This document shows, piece by piece, positions 35,517 to 44,856 of a stretch of 64,000 bases of DNA. The stretch spans positions 7,267-71,266 of the forward strand of contig CAWEXP010000004.1 of NCBI GenBank assembly GCA_963813065.1, read 5' to 3'. A program made the translations under genes and the position numbers. The first letter of the stretch is position 1, and each line of letters opens with the position of its first letter. The notes below the pieces were generated by a model, which was not told the origin of the DNA, searched no databases, and was given only the letters and a program-made list of their open reading frames with translations. Source of the DNA: Candidatus Kaiserbacteria bacterium (GTDB lineage Bacteria > Patescibacteriota > Minisyncoccia > Phycocordibacterales > Phycocordibacteraceae).

Positions 35517-36872
35517 TTACCCACGCAAGCCGCGCGAGCGAGCGCGACGATGCCGCGCGAGTGAGAAACGATGTGCCTCAGCATTCGCCCGCACCGCATC
35601 AACCTCGGTGACGCCCGCGAGGCGTGCGCCGATTACTTCGCGGGGGCGATGGCGCTCATCCTTGACCACTGCCGCCACAGGAATCGAGATGCCCGCGTCG
35701 GCGAGCACCGCCTCGGCCGCCTTCTTCTGTGGCTTGCCGCCGTCCACAACGATGGCACTGGGCAATTCCCACTCTGGGTGCCCGAGTCGACGTGAAAGAA
35801 TTTCGCGCAATGAGGCGATGTCGTTATTCAAATTCCGCCCATGTTTGGACTTCGTAAGTCCCTTAGCGCCCGGACTTACGAAGTCCCCGCCCCGAATGCG
35901 AAAAGTCCGGTAGTCTTTTTTTGCCGGTACGCCATCAATCAGCACAGTCATCACACCGACCGCATTGGTACCCGCGAGATGCGCGGTATCGTAGGCTTCA
36001 ATCCGGTATCCACTATTCCCTGCTATAGCAGATTTTTGTGGATACCTCCCCGTCTCACGACTCTCATCTTTAATAAGAGAGACGTCCTGGATATGATCGA
36101 GCGCAAAGAGTTGTCGTCGCGCGGTAGCCGCATCCTCGAAACGCTCTTCGCGCGCGGCAAGAGTCATCTCGCGCATGAGCGTCTTGCGCAATTCTTTGCC
36201 GCGCCCAGCCAGAAACAGCGTGACATTGCGAATCGACTTCAAATACTGCTTTCGATCGTAGTCGCGGGGATACTGCCCTATCTGCGTATTGAATTCTATT
36301 TTTGCGCGGTGATGTTTGTTGGTGGCGATGACCGGTTTCTCGGTATCGAAGAATGGGAAAATGCGTCGAATGAGTCGCAAGCCTTCGCGCAACTGCGGGC
36401 CGGAGGGATAGGGGCCGAAAATCGCCCGCAAGGCGACGCCTTGGGAAGTTGCCTTTAAGGCGTCGCCTTGAATACGGCGATTCTTAAAATCGAGATCTTT
36501 GCCGCGCACGACGAGTACGCGCGGAATGTCTTCTTTCGTGATGACGGCGTAGAGAAAGGTCGAATCATCTTTGCCATCGCTGTTCGCTGGCGGCATATGT
36601 TTCTTAATCAACACCGCCTCGCGCACCAGCGCCTCGAGCACGGTCGGTGTCGGCTCGTAGGCGAGACCGTCAGCCCGCGTCACCATGTCCACGATGCGCG
36701 GCCCGCGTGTGGCGATCAGGTCGTCGTCGAAATAGCTTCGCACGCGATCGCGCAGGCTGGTCGCCTTGCCCACATAGAGAATCTTCCTGCCCTGTTTAAA
36801 AAAATACACACCCGGCACGTCGGGCAGATCATATTTCTTGAGTTCGGCTCGTTCCATATCGTTAGTGTGCAA
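35517..36872 (-). CDS. uvrC: Excinuclease ABC subunit C (GIY-YIG, UVR and RNase-H-like endonuclease domains; no C-terminal HhH). Carries two in-frame palindromic-element insertions.
   Basis: VPGVYFFKQGRKILYVGKATSLRDRVRSYF (GIY-YIG). MREMTLAAREERFEDAATARRQL (UVR). RIEAYDTAHLAGTNAVGV. Extra IQGDALKATSQGVALRA and GDFVSPGAKGLTKSKHGRN segments versus canonical UvrC. Confidence 0.85.
   Translation of the reverse strand: MHTNDMERAELKKYDLPDVPGVYFFKQGRKILYVGKATSLRDRVRSYFDDDLIATRGPRIVDMVTRADGLAYEPTPTVLEALVREAVLIKKHMPPANSDGKDDSTFLYAVITKEDIPRVLVVRGKDLDFKNRRIQGDALKATSQGVALRAIFGPYPSGPQLREGLRLIRRIFPFFDTEKPVIATNKHHRAKIEFNTQIGQYPRDYDRKQYLKSIRNVTLFLAGRGKELRKTLMREMTLAAREERFEDAATARRQLFALDHIQDVSLIKDESRETGRYPQKSAIAGNSGYRIEAYDTAHLAGTNAVGVMTVLIDGVPAKKDYRTFRIRGGDFVSPGAKGLTKSKHGRNLNNDIASLREILSRRLGHPEWELPSAIVVDGGKPQKKAAEAVLADAGISIPVAAVVKDERHRPREVIGARLAGVTEVDAVRANAEAHRFSLARHRRARSRGLRG
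35847..35886. repeat. Palindromic element type A pair (GGACTTCGTAAGTCC, 10 nt spacer, GGACTTACGAAGTCC) inside uvrC, in frame.
   Basis: Inverted 15-mers. Left flank cccatgtt is shared with the uvrA and uvrB copies. Encodes ...PGAKGLTKSKHG... Confidence 0.8.
36430..36469. repeat. Palindromic element type B pair (AAGGCGACGCCTT, 14 nt spacer, AAGGCGTCGCCTT) inside uvrC, in frame.
   Basis: Two inverted 13-mers, each a small hairpin. Encodes IQGDALKATSQGVALRA, which is absent from canonical UvrC. Confidence 0.7.
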
Positions 36873-36894
36873 TACAAGTCGGTTTTAGGCGAGA

Positions 36895-36924
36895 CTTGAC
36901 ATATCGCGAAGTAATCGACTATGG
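36895..36924 (+). promoter_or_regulatory. Sigma-70 promoter (TTGACA, 18 nt spacer, TATGGT) for the small membrane protein gene.
   Basis: Boxes at 36895-36900 and 36919-36924. AAGGAG SD before ATG at 36961. Confidence 0.5.
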
Positions 36925-36960
36925 TGCACGAGTTCGCAACCGCCCGACAAGGAGATTGTC

Positions 36961-37233
36961 ATGACTGTTCTAGCCTTGATCATTATGTGGGGAGGTACCG
37001 CCGCGCTTATGTGTCTCGCCTGGTATGTCTACCAGAACTGCAAGACGCCAGAAGAATTCGAGCTCGGCGCCAAACAAATCCTTGGACTTTTCATCGTCAT
37101 TTTCGCTCTCGTCAGTCTCTTTGACTTCTGTAACGACACTATGCATTGGTTCTACTTCGGTCTCCTCGGTTCGCTCGCCGTCGGCACTACAACCGTGGTT
37201 CGCCGAATCTTCTGGCCACAGCCAGCCGTCTAA
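36961..37233 (+). CDS. Small membrane protein (90 aa, 3 TM).
   Basis: Strong SD, hydrophobic helices, terminator downstream. Confidence 0.5.
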   Translation: MTVLALIIMWGGTAALMCLAWYVYQNCKTPEEFELGAKQILGLFIVIFALVSLFDFCNDTMHWFYFGLLGSLAVGTTTVVRRIFWPQPAV

Positions 37234-37235
37234 AC

Positions 37236-37263
37236 CACAACCGCCCTCGGGCGGTTTTTTCTT
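37236..37263 (+). terminator. Rho-independent terminator (aaccgccctcgggcggtt plus T6).
   Basis: Stem at 37239-37256 plus T run. Confidence 0.75.
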
Positions 37264-37276
37264 ACTTTGCGAGAGC

Positions 37277-37305
37277 TTGACAAGAACTCTATTGGCGTGT
37301 ATATT
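37277..37305 (+). promoter_or_regulatory. Sigma-70 promoter (TTGACA, 17 nt spacer, TATATT).
   Basis: Boxes at 37277-37282 and 37300-37305, upstream of ATG at 37344. Confidence 0.5.
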
Positions 37306-37343
37306 GGCATGCGAGAGTTCACCGTCAATAAGGGAATGGTGTC

Positions 37344-37652
37344 ATGAGCAATTCGAGCATCAAAAACAGCATAGACCATGTCTTGCTGAAAGATCCGCCG
37401 AAATCCGAAGACCGGGACGGCGCCATCGCGCAGCTGAGGCGCCTATCGGCGAAACAGCTCGCGAACTTGTGCGAAGATCTCGACTATCTTCTTTCGCTCC
37501 GTAATCATCCGGTGCGACTCGAACTGACGAAGGTCTACAACAGTCGCCGTGCGTTTTACCAAAACGTACGTCGCGTGCAAGAAGTCGCCAATCAATATCG
37601 CGTTCGCACGGCAGAAGAGCGCGGATACAACCCTGAAGAGATATATGTTTAA
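37344..37652 (+). CDS. Hypothetical protein (102 aa).
   Basis: ORF with promoter and terminator. No domain recognised. Confidence 0.4.
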   Translation: MSNSSIKNSIDHVLLKDPPKSEDRDGAIAQLRRLSAKQLANLCEDLDYLLSLRNHPVRLELTKVYNSRRAFYQNVRRVQEVANQYRVRTAEERGYNPEEIYV

Positions 37653-37664
37653 CGCCCTTTGAGA

Positions 37665-37730
37665 GACCGGGAGCAATCCCGGTCTTTTCTTTATCTAAAA
37701 GTTAGGACACGGCGTGTCCTAACTTTTTTA
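37665..37730. terminator. Two tandem terminator hairpins. The second (gttaggacacggcgtgtcctaac) is bidirectional and overlaps the uvrA stop.
   Basis: Hairpin 37665-37684 plus T run. Hairpin 37701-37723 flanked by an A run and a T run. Confidence 0.65.
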
Positions 37731-40439
37731 TTTCTTTAATTTCCGCTTCAACACTTTCGCGAGATACTGGCCGGTGTAGGAGTGCTCGTTGTCGGCGACT
37801 TCTTCCGGCGTGCCCTTCGCGATGACCTTGCCACCCTTCACGCCACCCTCAGGGCCGAAGTCGATGAGATAATCGCTCGACTTGATGACATCGAGATTGT
37901 GTTCGATAACCACGACCGTGTTGCCGCGACGCACGAGCTCCTGCAAAATTTCTATCAGCTTGCGCACGTCCTCGTAGTGGAGGCCGACCGTCGGCTCGTC
38001 GAGGAGATAAATCGTTTTCATCACCATCGGGCGATAGAGCTCCGAGGCAATCTTCACGCGTTGGGCCTCGCCACCCGAGAGCGTCGTTGCCGATTGGCCG
38101 AGGGTGAGATATTCCAAGCCGGTCGCCTTCAGAGATTCGAGTCGGTCAGAGATCGCGGGAATGTCTTTGAAAAATTCAAGCGCTTCCTCAACCGTCATCT
38201 GCAGGACTTCATAAATATTTTTGCCATGGAAGCTGACTTCGAGTGTCTCTTTCATAAAGCGCTTGCCCTCACAGACATCGCACGTGACGTACACCGTCGG
38301 GAGGAAATGCATCTCGACCGCGATCTGCCCGTTGCCCTGGCAGGCCTCGCAGCGGCCGCCCGGGACGTTGAAGGAGAAGCGGCCCGGCCGCCAGCCGCGC
38401 GCACGCGCCTCCGAGGTCGCGGCGAAGAGGTCGCGAATATGCGTCATCGCGCCGGTGTAGGTTGCGGGATTGGAGCGCGGCGTGCGCCCAATCGGCGACT
38501 GATCGATCAGCACGGTGCGACCGACGTACTCGGTGCCGGCCATCGAGGCGACGTGCTGGAGCTTGGCTTCCCTCTTCGCGAATCGCGCCGCAAGATTTTT
38601 ATGCAAAATATCGTAGAGGAACGTCGACTTGCCACTTCCGGAGACGCCCGTGATGCAGACCAGCTTGCCGAGCGGCACATCCACATTTTGATTCTTCAGA
38701 TTGTGGAGTGTCGCACCACGAATCATAATCTTGCCCTTCTCGCTTTCGCGGCGATCCTCGGGTGTCGGGATTTCTTTTTCGAGGCGCAAATAATCGAGCG
38801 TAACGGAGCCCGAGTCGTTGTGCGGCGTGGTCAGGAGGTCGTCGAGCCAGCCTTGCAGCGACGACCTTCCCGCCGTGCGTGCCCGCGCCCGGACCAATGT
38901 CCACAATGTAGTCGGCGGCGTAGATAGTATCCTCGTCGTGCTCGACGACCACGATGGTGTTGCCGAGCTCCTTCAGCGCAAGCAGAGTCTTGATGAGGCG
39001 ATCATTGTCGCGCTGATGGAGACCGATGGTCGGCTCATCGAGCACGTACAAGGCACCCGTGAGCCCCGGCCGAGCTGGGACGCGAGACGGATGCGCTGGG
39101 CCTCGCCGCCGGAAAGGGTCGCGGCCGAGCGATCGAGGGTGAGATAGTCGAGACCAACATTGAGCATGAAGGTGAGGCGGCTGTTGATCTCGCGCAAGAT
39201 TGGTGCGGCGATATCTTTTTTCATTTCCGAAAGTTCGAGCGAATCGACAAACTTCTTCGCGTCGCCGATGGACATGTTCACAAAGTCAACAATGTTCACA
39301 CCCAGCCCATGTTCGGACTTCGTAAGTCCGGATTCCGAAGAGGACTTACGAAGTCCCCCCATTCCCTCCGACTTCAAGTACACCCGCAAAGCCTCGGGGC
39401 GCAGGCGCTTGCCGAGACAGACCGGACACACTTCCTCGGAAAAAAGTGACTCGGTGCCGAGACCGTTACAGGCCGGGCACGCACCATAGGGAGAATTGAA
39501 GGAGAAGAGTCGCGGCTCCACCTCCGGAAATGAGGCACCGTCCTCGGGGCAAATAAATTTCGACGAGAGCGTCTCGGTCGTGCCGTCCGCGTGTTTAATT
39601 TTTACCAACCCATCAGACTCTTTGAGCGCCAGCTCGAGCGCCTCGGAGAGTCGTTCACGCGCGCCTGCGGTCGAACGCGAGAATTCAGAAACGAAAATAG
39701 TGTCGACAACCGCGTCGATGTCGTGACGCTTGTTGCGGTCGAGTTCGATCTTCTCGCGGAGCGACTGCGATCTTCCCATCAATCATCACTTTTTCATATC
39801 CCTTGCCGAGAAGGTCGTAGAGCAGTTGGTAGTACTCGCCTTTGCGACCGACGACCACCGGCGCATAAATAGTCACTGCGCTCTTGTCGACAACGACCAC
39901 ATCTGCCAAGGTCGAACCTGAGAATTCGGATTTAAGGTTCGACCTTGACGCCGTGCGTCGACGCGCGTGAGCACCATTTTGATCATTTCTTCTTTCGACA
40001 ATTTTACAATCGGGACATCGTGATGGATGCAGTACGCCTGGCCCGCGCGCGCATAGAGGACGCGGAGATAATCGTAAATCTCGGTCACCGTCGCCACCGT
40101 CGAACGCGGATTGTTGGAACGACTTTTTTGGTCGATAGAAATCGCGGGCGAGAGGCCGGTAATCTCATCCACGTCTGGTTTCGCCATCTGGTTGAGGAAT
40201 TGTCGCGCGTAGGCGGAAAGCGATTCGACATAGCGACGCTGACCCTCGGCAAAAATAGTGTCGAACGCGAGCGAGGACTTCCCCGAGCCCGAGAGGCCGG
40301 TGATGACCGACATCGCCCCGCGCGGCAATTGTACGTTGATATTTTTCAAATTATGGGTGCGCGCACCCTTCACCACGAGCCAGTCGCTCCCGTGCTTGTG
40401 TTCGTGTATCTCCTTCGCGCTTTGTTTTTTGGTTGCCAT
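37728..40439 (-). pseudogene. uvrA: Excinuclease ABC subunit A with at least four frameshifts (five overlapping ORF fragments). One in-frame palindromic-element insertion.
   Basis: Fragments 39873-40490 (MATKKQ...[25 protein letters not shown]), 39685-39909, 38973-39782 (Zn finger CPVCLGKRL..., [16 protein letters not shown]), 38599-39051 ([13 protein letters not shown]...GPGAGTHGG) and 37728-38906 (second ABC domain). Confidence 0.8.
39315..39356. repeat. Palindromic element type A pair (GGACTTCGTAAGTCC, 12 nt spacer, GGACTTACGAAGTCC) inside uvrA, in frame.
   Basis: Encodes GGLRKSSSESGLTKSEHG inserted between the VYL... and ...MSIGDA segments, relative to E. coli UvrA. Flank cccatgttc. Confidence 0.8.
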
Positions 40440-40495
40440 GTATGGTAATCGCCCGTCCGTGGCGGGACAGGTTCGGGCGCATTCTAGCATTGAAC

Positions 40496-42614
40496 TTAGC
40501 TTCCAGAAAGCGGCTTGCGCGTGCGACCTTTTTTCTTCGGGCCCGTGCCTTCAAGTTTATAAATCTCGTCACGGATGAGTGCGGCCGTTTCGAAATCAAG
40601 TTTCTCGACCGCTTCCGCCATCTCGTCGCGCTTCTGCTTGATGAAGGCCGTCGGGTCATCGCGGTACGCAAGCTTGTCGAGCACGAGGAGTTCGTCAATC
40701 GTCTTCTGGTGCTCGGTGCGCATCGACGCGGCAATGTCGTGAATCTCTTTGTGGATGGTCTGCGGAGTGATGCCGTGCGCCTGGTTATAGGCGAGCTGGA
40801 TGGCGCGACGACGATTCGTCTCCCCAATCGCCTTCTCGAGAGAGCCGGTCATGACGTCGGCATAGAGAATCACTTTACCGAGTACGTTACGAGCGGCTCT
40901 GCCGATGGTCTGGATGAGCGACGTCTCCGAGCGCAGGAAACCTTCTTTGTCGGCGTCGAGAATGCCCACGAGCTCCACCTCGGGCAAATCCAATCCCTCG
41001 CGCAGGAGGTTCACGCCGACGAGAATGTCGAACTTCCCTTTGCGGAAGTTGGTGAGAATGTCGATGCGGTCAATCGTCTTTACGTCGCTGTGGAGGTACT
41101 CAGCTTTTATTTTTTTCTCGCGCAAGAATTGTGCCAAGTCCTCGGCCATCTGTTTGGTGAGCGTGGTCGCGAGCGCTCGGCCACCGCCCTTGATGGTCTT
41201 CTCTGCTTCTTCAATAAAATCCGCCACCTGTCCAATGTAGGGTTTCGTAAATCCTACATGCTCGGAATGTGGGGACTTCGTAAGTCCGGACATGGGCTCG
41301 GCTCCTTCAGTTACTGGACGAATCACCAGTTCGGGATCAATGAGACCCGTTGGGCGAATAATTTGTTCGACCACTTGCTCGGAGTGCGCCTTCTCGTACG
41401 GCCCCGGTGTCGCGCTCGTGTAGAGTGCTCTGACCAATCCGATTTTCAAATTCTTCGAAGCGAAGCGGACGATTGTCGCGCGCCGAAGGGAGGCGGAAGC
41501 CGTATTCGACAAGCACATCCTTGCGCGATTTGTCGCCCGCATACATGCCGCCAATCTGCGGGACGGTGACATGCGATTCGTCGATGACCGTTAAGAAATC
41601 TGCTGAGCCGTCTTTTTTATGAGGAAAGTATGACAAAAGAGTGTGCGGCGGTTCGCCGGATGCGCGACCGTCGAAGTGGCGTGAGTAATTCTCGATACCG
41701 CTCGTGTAGCCAATCTCGCGGATGAGCGCGAGGTCGTGGAGCGTGCGACGCTTCAAGCGTTCGGCCTCGAGCGGTTTCTCCTCGCGCTTAAACTTCGCGA
41801 GCTGTCCTTCGAGCTCAAGCTTGATGTCTTCGATAGCGCGCACACGTTCCTTTTCGCTACTCACGAAGTGCTTGGCCGGAAAGACGAACACCGAATCGGG
41901 CTCGACCACTTTAGCGCGCGAGACCGGGTCGAGCTGGTGCACCGAAGAAACGACATCGCCATCGAAGGTCGCGCGATAAATCACCTTTTCGTTCACCGGC
42001 ATGAACTCGACCGCATTCCCCACTGCGCGGATCTTGCCCGGCTCGAGGTCGGCATTGGTCCGCTCGAAATAAATCCGGATGAGCTGGCGAATCAATCCTG
42101 CGCGACCACCTTCAATCGCCTTGCCGCGCACAATCTTCACGTGCACTTTCTCATATTCCTCGGGCGAGCCGAGACCGTAAATCGCGGAGACCGACGCGAC
42201 GATAATCACATCCTTGCGCGTGAGTAGCGCTTGCGTCGCCGCGTGGCGGAGACGGTCAATCTCGGCGTTAATCATCGCCTCTTTCTCGATGTACGTATCG
42301 GAGTGCGCAATGTACGCCTCGGGCTGGTAGTAGTCATAGTAAGAAACGAAATAGTGCACCGCGTTCTCGGGGAAAAATTCGCGATATTCCTGCGCGAGCT
42401 GAGCTGCGAGCGTCTTATTGTGCGCGAGGACGAGGGTCGGCTTGTCGAAGTGGGCAATAACATTGGCACAGGTGAAGGTCTTGCCCGAGCCGGTGACGCC
42501 GAGCAGAGTCTGGTGGCGCATGCCCTTCTCTAACCCCTCCTCGAGTGCGCGAATGGCCGCCGGCTGATCGCCTGCGGGCTGGTAGGGGCTCTGCAACTTG
42601 AAATTGCGCGACAT
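40496..42614 (-). pseudogene. uvrB: Excinuclease ABC subunit B with one +1 frameshift near 41430-41445. One in-frame palindromic-element insertion.
   Basis: N-terminal fragment 41337-42614 (GVTGSGKTFTCANVIA...FEEFENRIGQ). C-terminal fragment 40496-41572 (ALYTSATPGPYE...LVGVNLLREGLDLPEV...UVR tail). Junction ggtcagagcactctac. Confidence 0.8.
41240..41285. repeat. Palindromic element type A pair in uvrB (degenerate GGTTTCGTAAATCC plus GGACTTCGTAAGTCC, same orientation), in frame.
   Basis: Encodes MSGLTKSPHSEHVGFTKPYI between PVTEGAE and QVADFIEE. Flanked by ATGTAGG/CCTACAT and ATGTGG/GGACAT inverted ends. Confidence 0.75.
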
Positions 42615-42666
42615 AATGCTCCAGTGTATAGTAAAACCAGAAACCTTGCACGAAAGGAATGCCGCA

Positions 42667-43043
42667 TGACTGAATCTCCCGGCGAGACCGCAATGCGTCT
42701 CTGGAATACGTACCTAAGCACCCCGAAGAAGCTCGAGAAACTGCATGGCATCAGAAATTTTCTCTTCGCACTGGCCCAAGAACAACTCGTGAAGGATGGC
42801 GTCCGGGAGATCCCCATGAATGCTCAAACATTCAAGAACCTTCCTGAACACGAATTGGTAGTGATACTGGCAGTCATCGAAGGGAACCTCCAAGACGACT
42901 CCGCGAGAGCGACGGCCGAGCTCAAACAGCTCAACGCAAAACTCAAGAAGCTGGTCGACCTCGTGGTACAAAAACGCCTCATTGCCAGCGACCCGTCTCT
43001 GGACACTCTTGTAGCCCAGGCGTCTACCTATCAGCGCCGATAA
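42667..43043 (+). CDS. Hypothetical protein (start MTESPGETAM).
   Basis: ORF plus terminator. No domain recognised. Confidence 0.4.
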
Positions 43044-43052
43044 ACGACTCTG

Positions 43053-43080
43053 ACGACCGGAATAATCCGGTCTTTTTATT
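43053..43080 (+). terminator. Rho-independent terminator (gaccggaataatccggtc plus T5).
   Basis: Stem at 43055-43072 plus T run. Confidence 0.7.
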
Positions 43081-43088
43081 TTTCATAA

Positions 43089-43112
43089 AGAAAAACCCGC
43101 CGGTGGCGGGCA
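43089..43112 (-). terminator. Rho-independent terminator for the minus-strand lipoprotein gene (cccgccaccggcggg plus T5).
   Basis: Stem at 43096-43110 with a T run on the minus strand. Confidence 0.65.
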
Positions 43113-43121
43113 GGATGGTAC

Positions 43122-43463
43122 TTATTTTTGATCGGGGATCTGCAAGGCACCAGCTTTTTTGAATTGGTTGCGGAAGAACAGCACTTCGGCGGCAAAACAC
43201 GTGCGTTTATCATTGACCCATTTGTCGTACGCATCTTGGGTAGCGCCTTCCGCAATTTTTGGCTCTTTTTCTTTATAGTAACCGTCGCAGTAGCCAATGG
43301 AATAGAGCTTGATGGCCGCCACGATAGCGGCTTCCTGTTTGCTCACCTGCGGAGCTTCCGTAGTGGGATCTTCCAGCGCTACGGGCCGCGGACTGCAACA
43401 AGCAGCGGATGCGGGCAGAGCGAACAAAACAAGCGCGGCGCCGGCACAAAGAACTGAACGCAT
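43122..43463 (-). CDS. Secreted or lipoprotein-like hypothetical protein (113 aa).
   Basis: Signal peptide LVLFALPASAACC. Confidence 0.45.
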   Translation of the reverse strand: MRSVLCAGAALVLFALPASAACCSPRPVALEDPTTEAPQVSKQEAAIVAAIKLYSIGYCDGYYKEKEPKIAEGATQDAYDKWVNDKRTCFAAEVLFFRNQFKKAGALQIPDQK

Positions 43464-43517
43464 GAGGAACTCCTGTGGTTGGACTATCCGCCACGGTACG
43501 CGGAATGGGGTGGTACG

Positions 43518-44741
43518 TCAAGCGTAATAATTCCGCACGAAATCGTCGCGATAGGTGTCGAAGGTGCCATCGAGAATCGCCGCGCGAGCACCGTCGACGA
43601 GCGAGATGATGAAGCCGAGATTATGGAGCGAGCAGATGACCGAGCCAAGCATCTCCTTGGAGCGGATGAGGTGCGCGACATAGGCACGCGAGAATCCTTC
43701 AACTCCTGCGATAGGAGTTTCAGGATCTAACGGACCAAAGTCATTTTTATATTTTTCGCCAGTCAAGTGAATGATGCCTTTCTTTGTATAGATAGAGCCG
43801 TGCCGACCAATGCGTGTGGGCGCGACGCAATCGAAGAGGTCCATACCGTTCGCAATGCCCTCGAGGATATCGCCCGGCTCGCCGATGCCGAGGAAATGCC
43901 GCGGCAATTCATCGGGCAATTCGCCGACGGCGGCCTGGAGCGCGCCGCGCATATCTGCCTTGCTGAAGGAGCCGCCAATACCGATGCCATCGAAACCGAG
44001 CGAGGCGATCTCGCGCGCGCTTTCTTTCCGCAAATCTTCGTGTCGCCCGCCCTGCACTATTCCAAAAATTCCCTGCGTTTTACTGGCTTCAAGATTTTGC
44101 CGATGTGCCTTCAGAGAACGCGCGGCCCACTTGTGTGTGCGTTCCATCGCCTCGCGTTGATACTCGTAGGGCTCGGTGGGCGAGGTACATTCGTCGAAGG
44201 CGAAGAACATATCGGCGCCGAGCGCGTGTTGAATCTCGATGGAACGCTCGGGCGTGAAGCGATGGAGCGAGCCGTCGAGATGACTGGTGAAGGTGACGCC
44301 TTCGTCGTCGACAATAGCGAGCTGTCCATGTTGCGATGCAACGCCCTCGTCATAGACAGAAATATCGAGGTTTAACCTCGATGAGGATTCTTCTTTGGTA
44401 AATTTTGAAATCTCGCGACCGAATGCCGCGCCGAGCGAGAAAACTTGGAATCCGCCCGAGTCGGTCATCGTAGGGCCTTTCCAATTCATAAACTGCGCGA
44501 GGCCGCCACCTTCCTGCACAATCTGCTCGCCCGGCGAGAGGTAGAGATGGTAGGTGTTCGCGAGCACGACCTGTGCGCCAAGAGCCGCGAGCTGGCTCGG
44601 TAGGACGCCCTTCACGTCGGCCTTGGTGCCGACAGGGACGAATGCAGGCGTCTGGATGACGCCGTGCGGCGTCGTGAGGATGCCCGCTCTTGCCCTGAGC
44701 GAAGTCGAACGGGTCTGTATCTCGAACCGGAGTGCACTCAT
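43518..44741 (-). CDS. tgt: Queuine tRNA-ribosyltransferase (tRNA-guanine transglycosylase).
   Basis: 407 aa. TPHGVIQTPAFVPVGTKADVKG, MTDSGGFQVFSL and Zn-binding C-terminus. Confidence 0.9.
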   Translation of the reverse strand: MSALRFEIQTRSTSLRARAGILTTPHGVIQTPAFVPVGTKADVKGVLPSQLAALGAQVVLANTYHLYLSPGEQIVQEGGGLAQFMNWKGPTMTDSGGFQVFSLGAAFGREISKFTKEESSSRLNLDISVYDEGVASQHGQLAIVDDEGVTFTSHLDGSLHRFTPERSIEIQHALGADMFFAFDECTSPTEPYEYQREAMERTHKWAARSLKAHRQNLEASKTQGIFGIVQGGRHEDLRKESAREIASLGFDGIGIGGSFSKADMRGALQAAVGELPDELPRHFLGIGEPGDILEGIANGMDLFDCVAPTRIGRHGSIYTKKGIIHLTGEKYKNDFGPLDPETPIAGVEGFSRAYVAHLIRSKEMLGSVICSLHNLGFIISLVDGARAAILDGTFDTYRDDFVRNYYA

Positions 44742-44856
44742 CTGCCCACTCTAGCACGAGCTTGACAATATCCTATAGTCCGTGTACCCTATTAGGCAGA
44801 GAGGCCAGTGGTTTCGAGATTCGAATCCACCGCCCTCAAAGGTAAGGAGTTGTTCG

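Noticed and set aside
44806-44835. tRNA-like T-arm sequence ggtttcgagattcgaatccacc upstream of the lipoprotein gene
   Set aside because: It has only a 10 bp palindrome GATTCGAATC. No acceptor, D or anticodon arms. Probably part of the promoter or 5' UTR.
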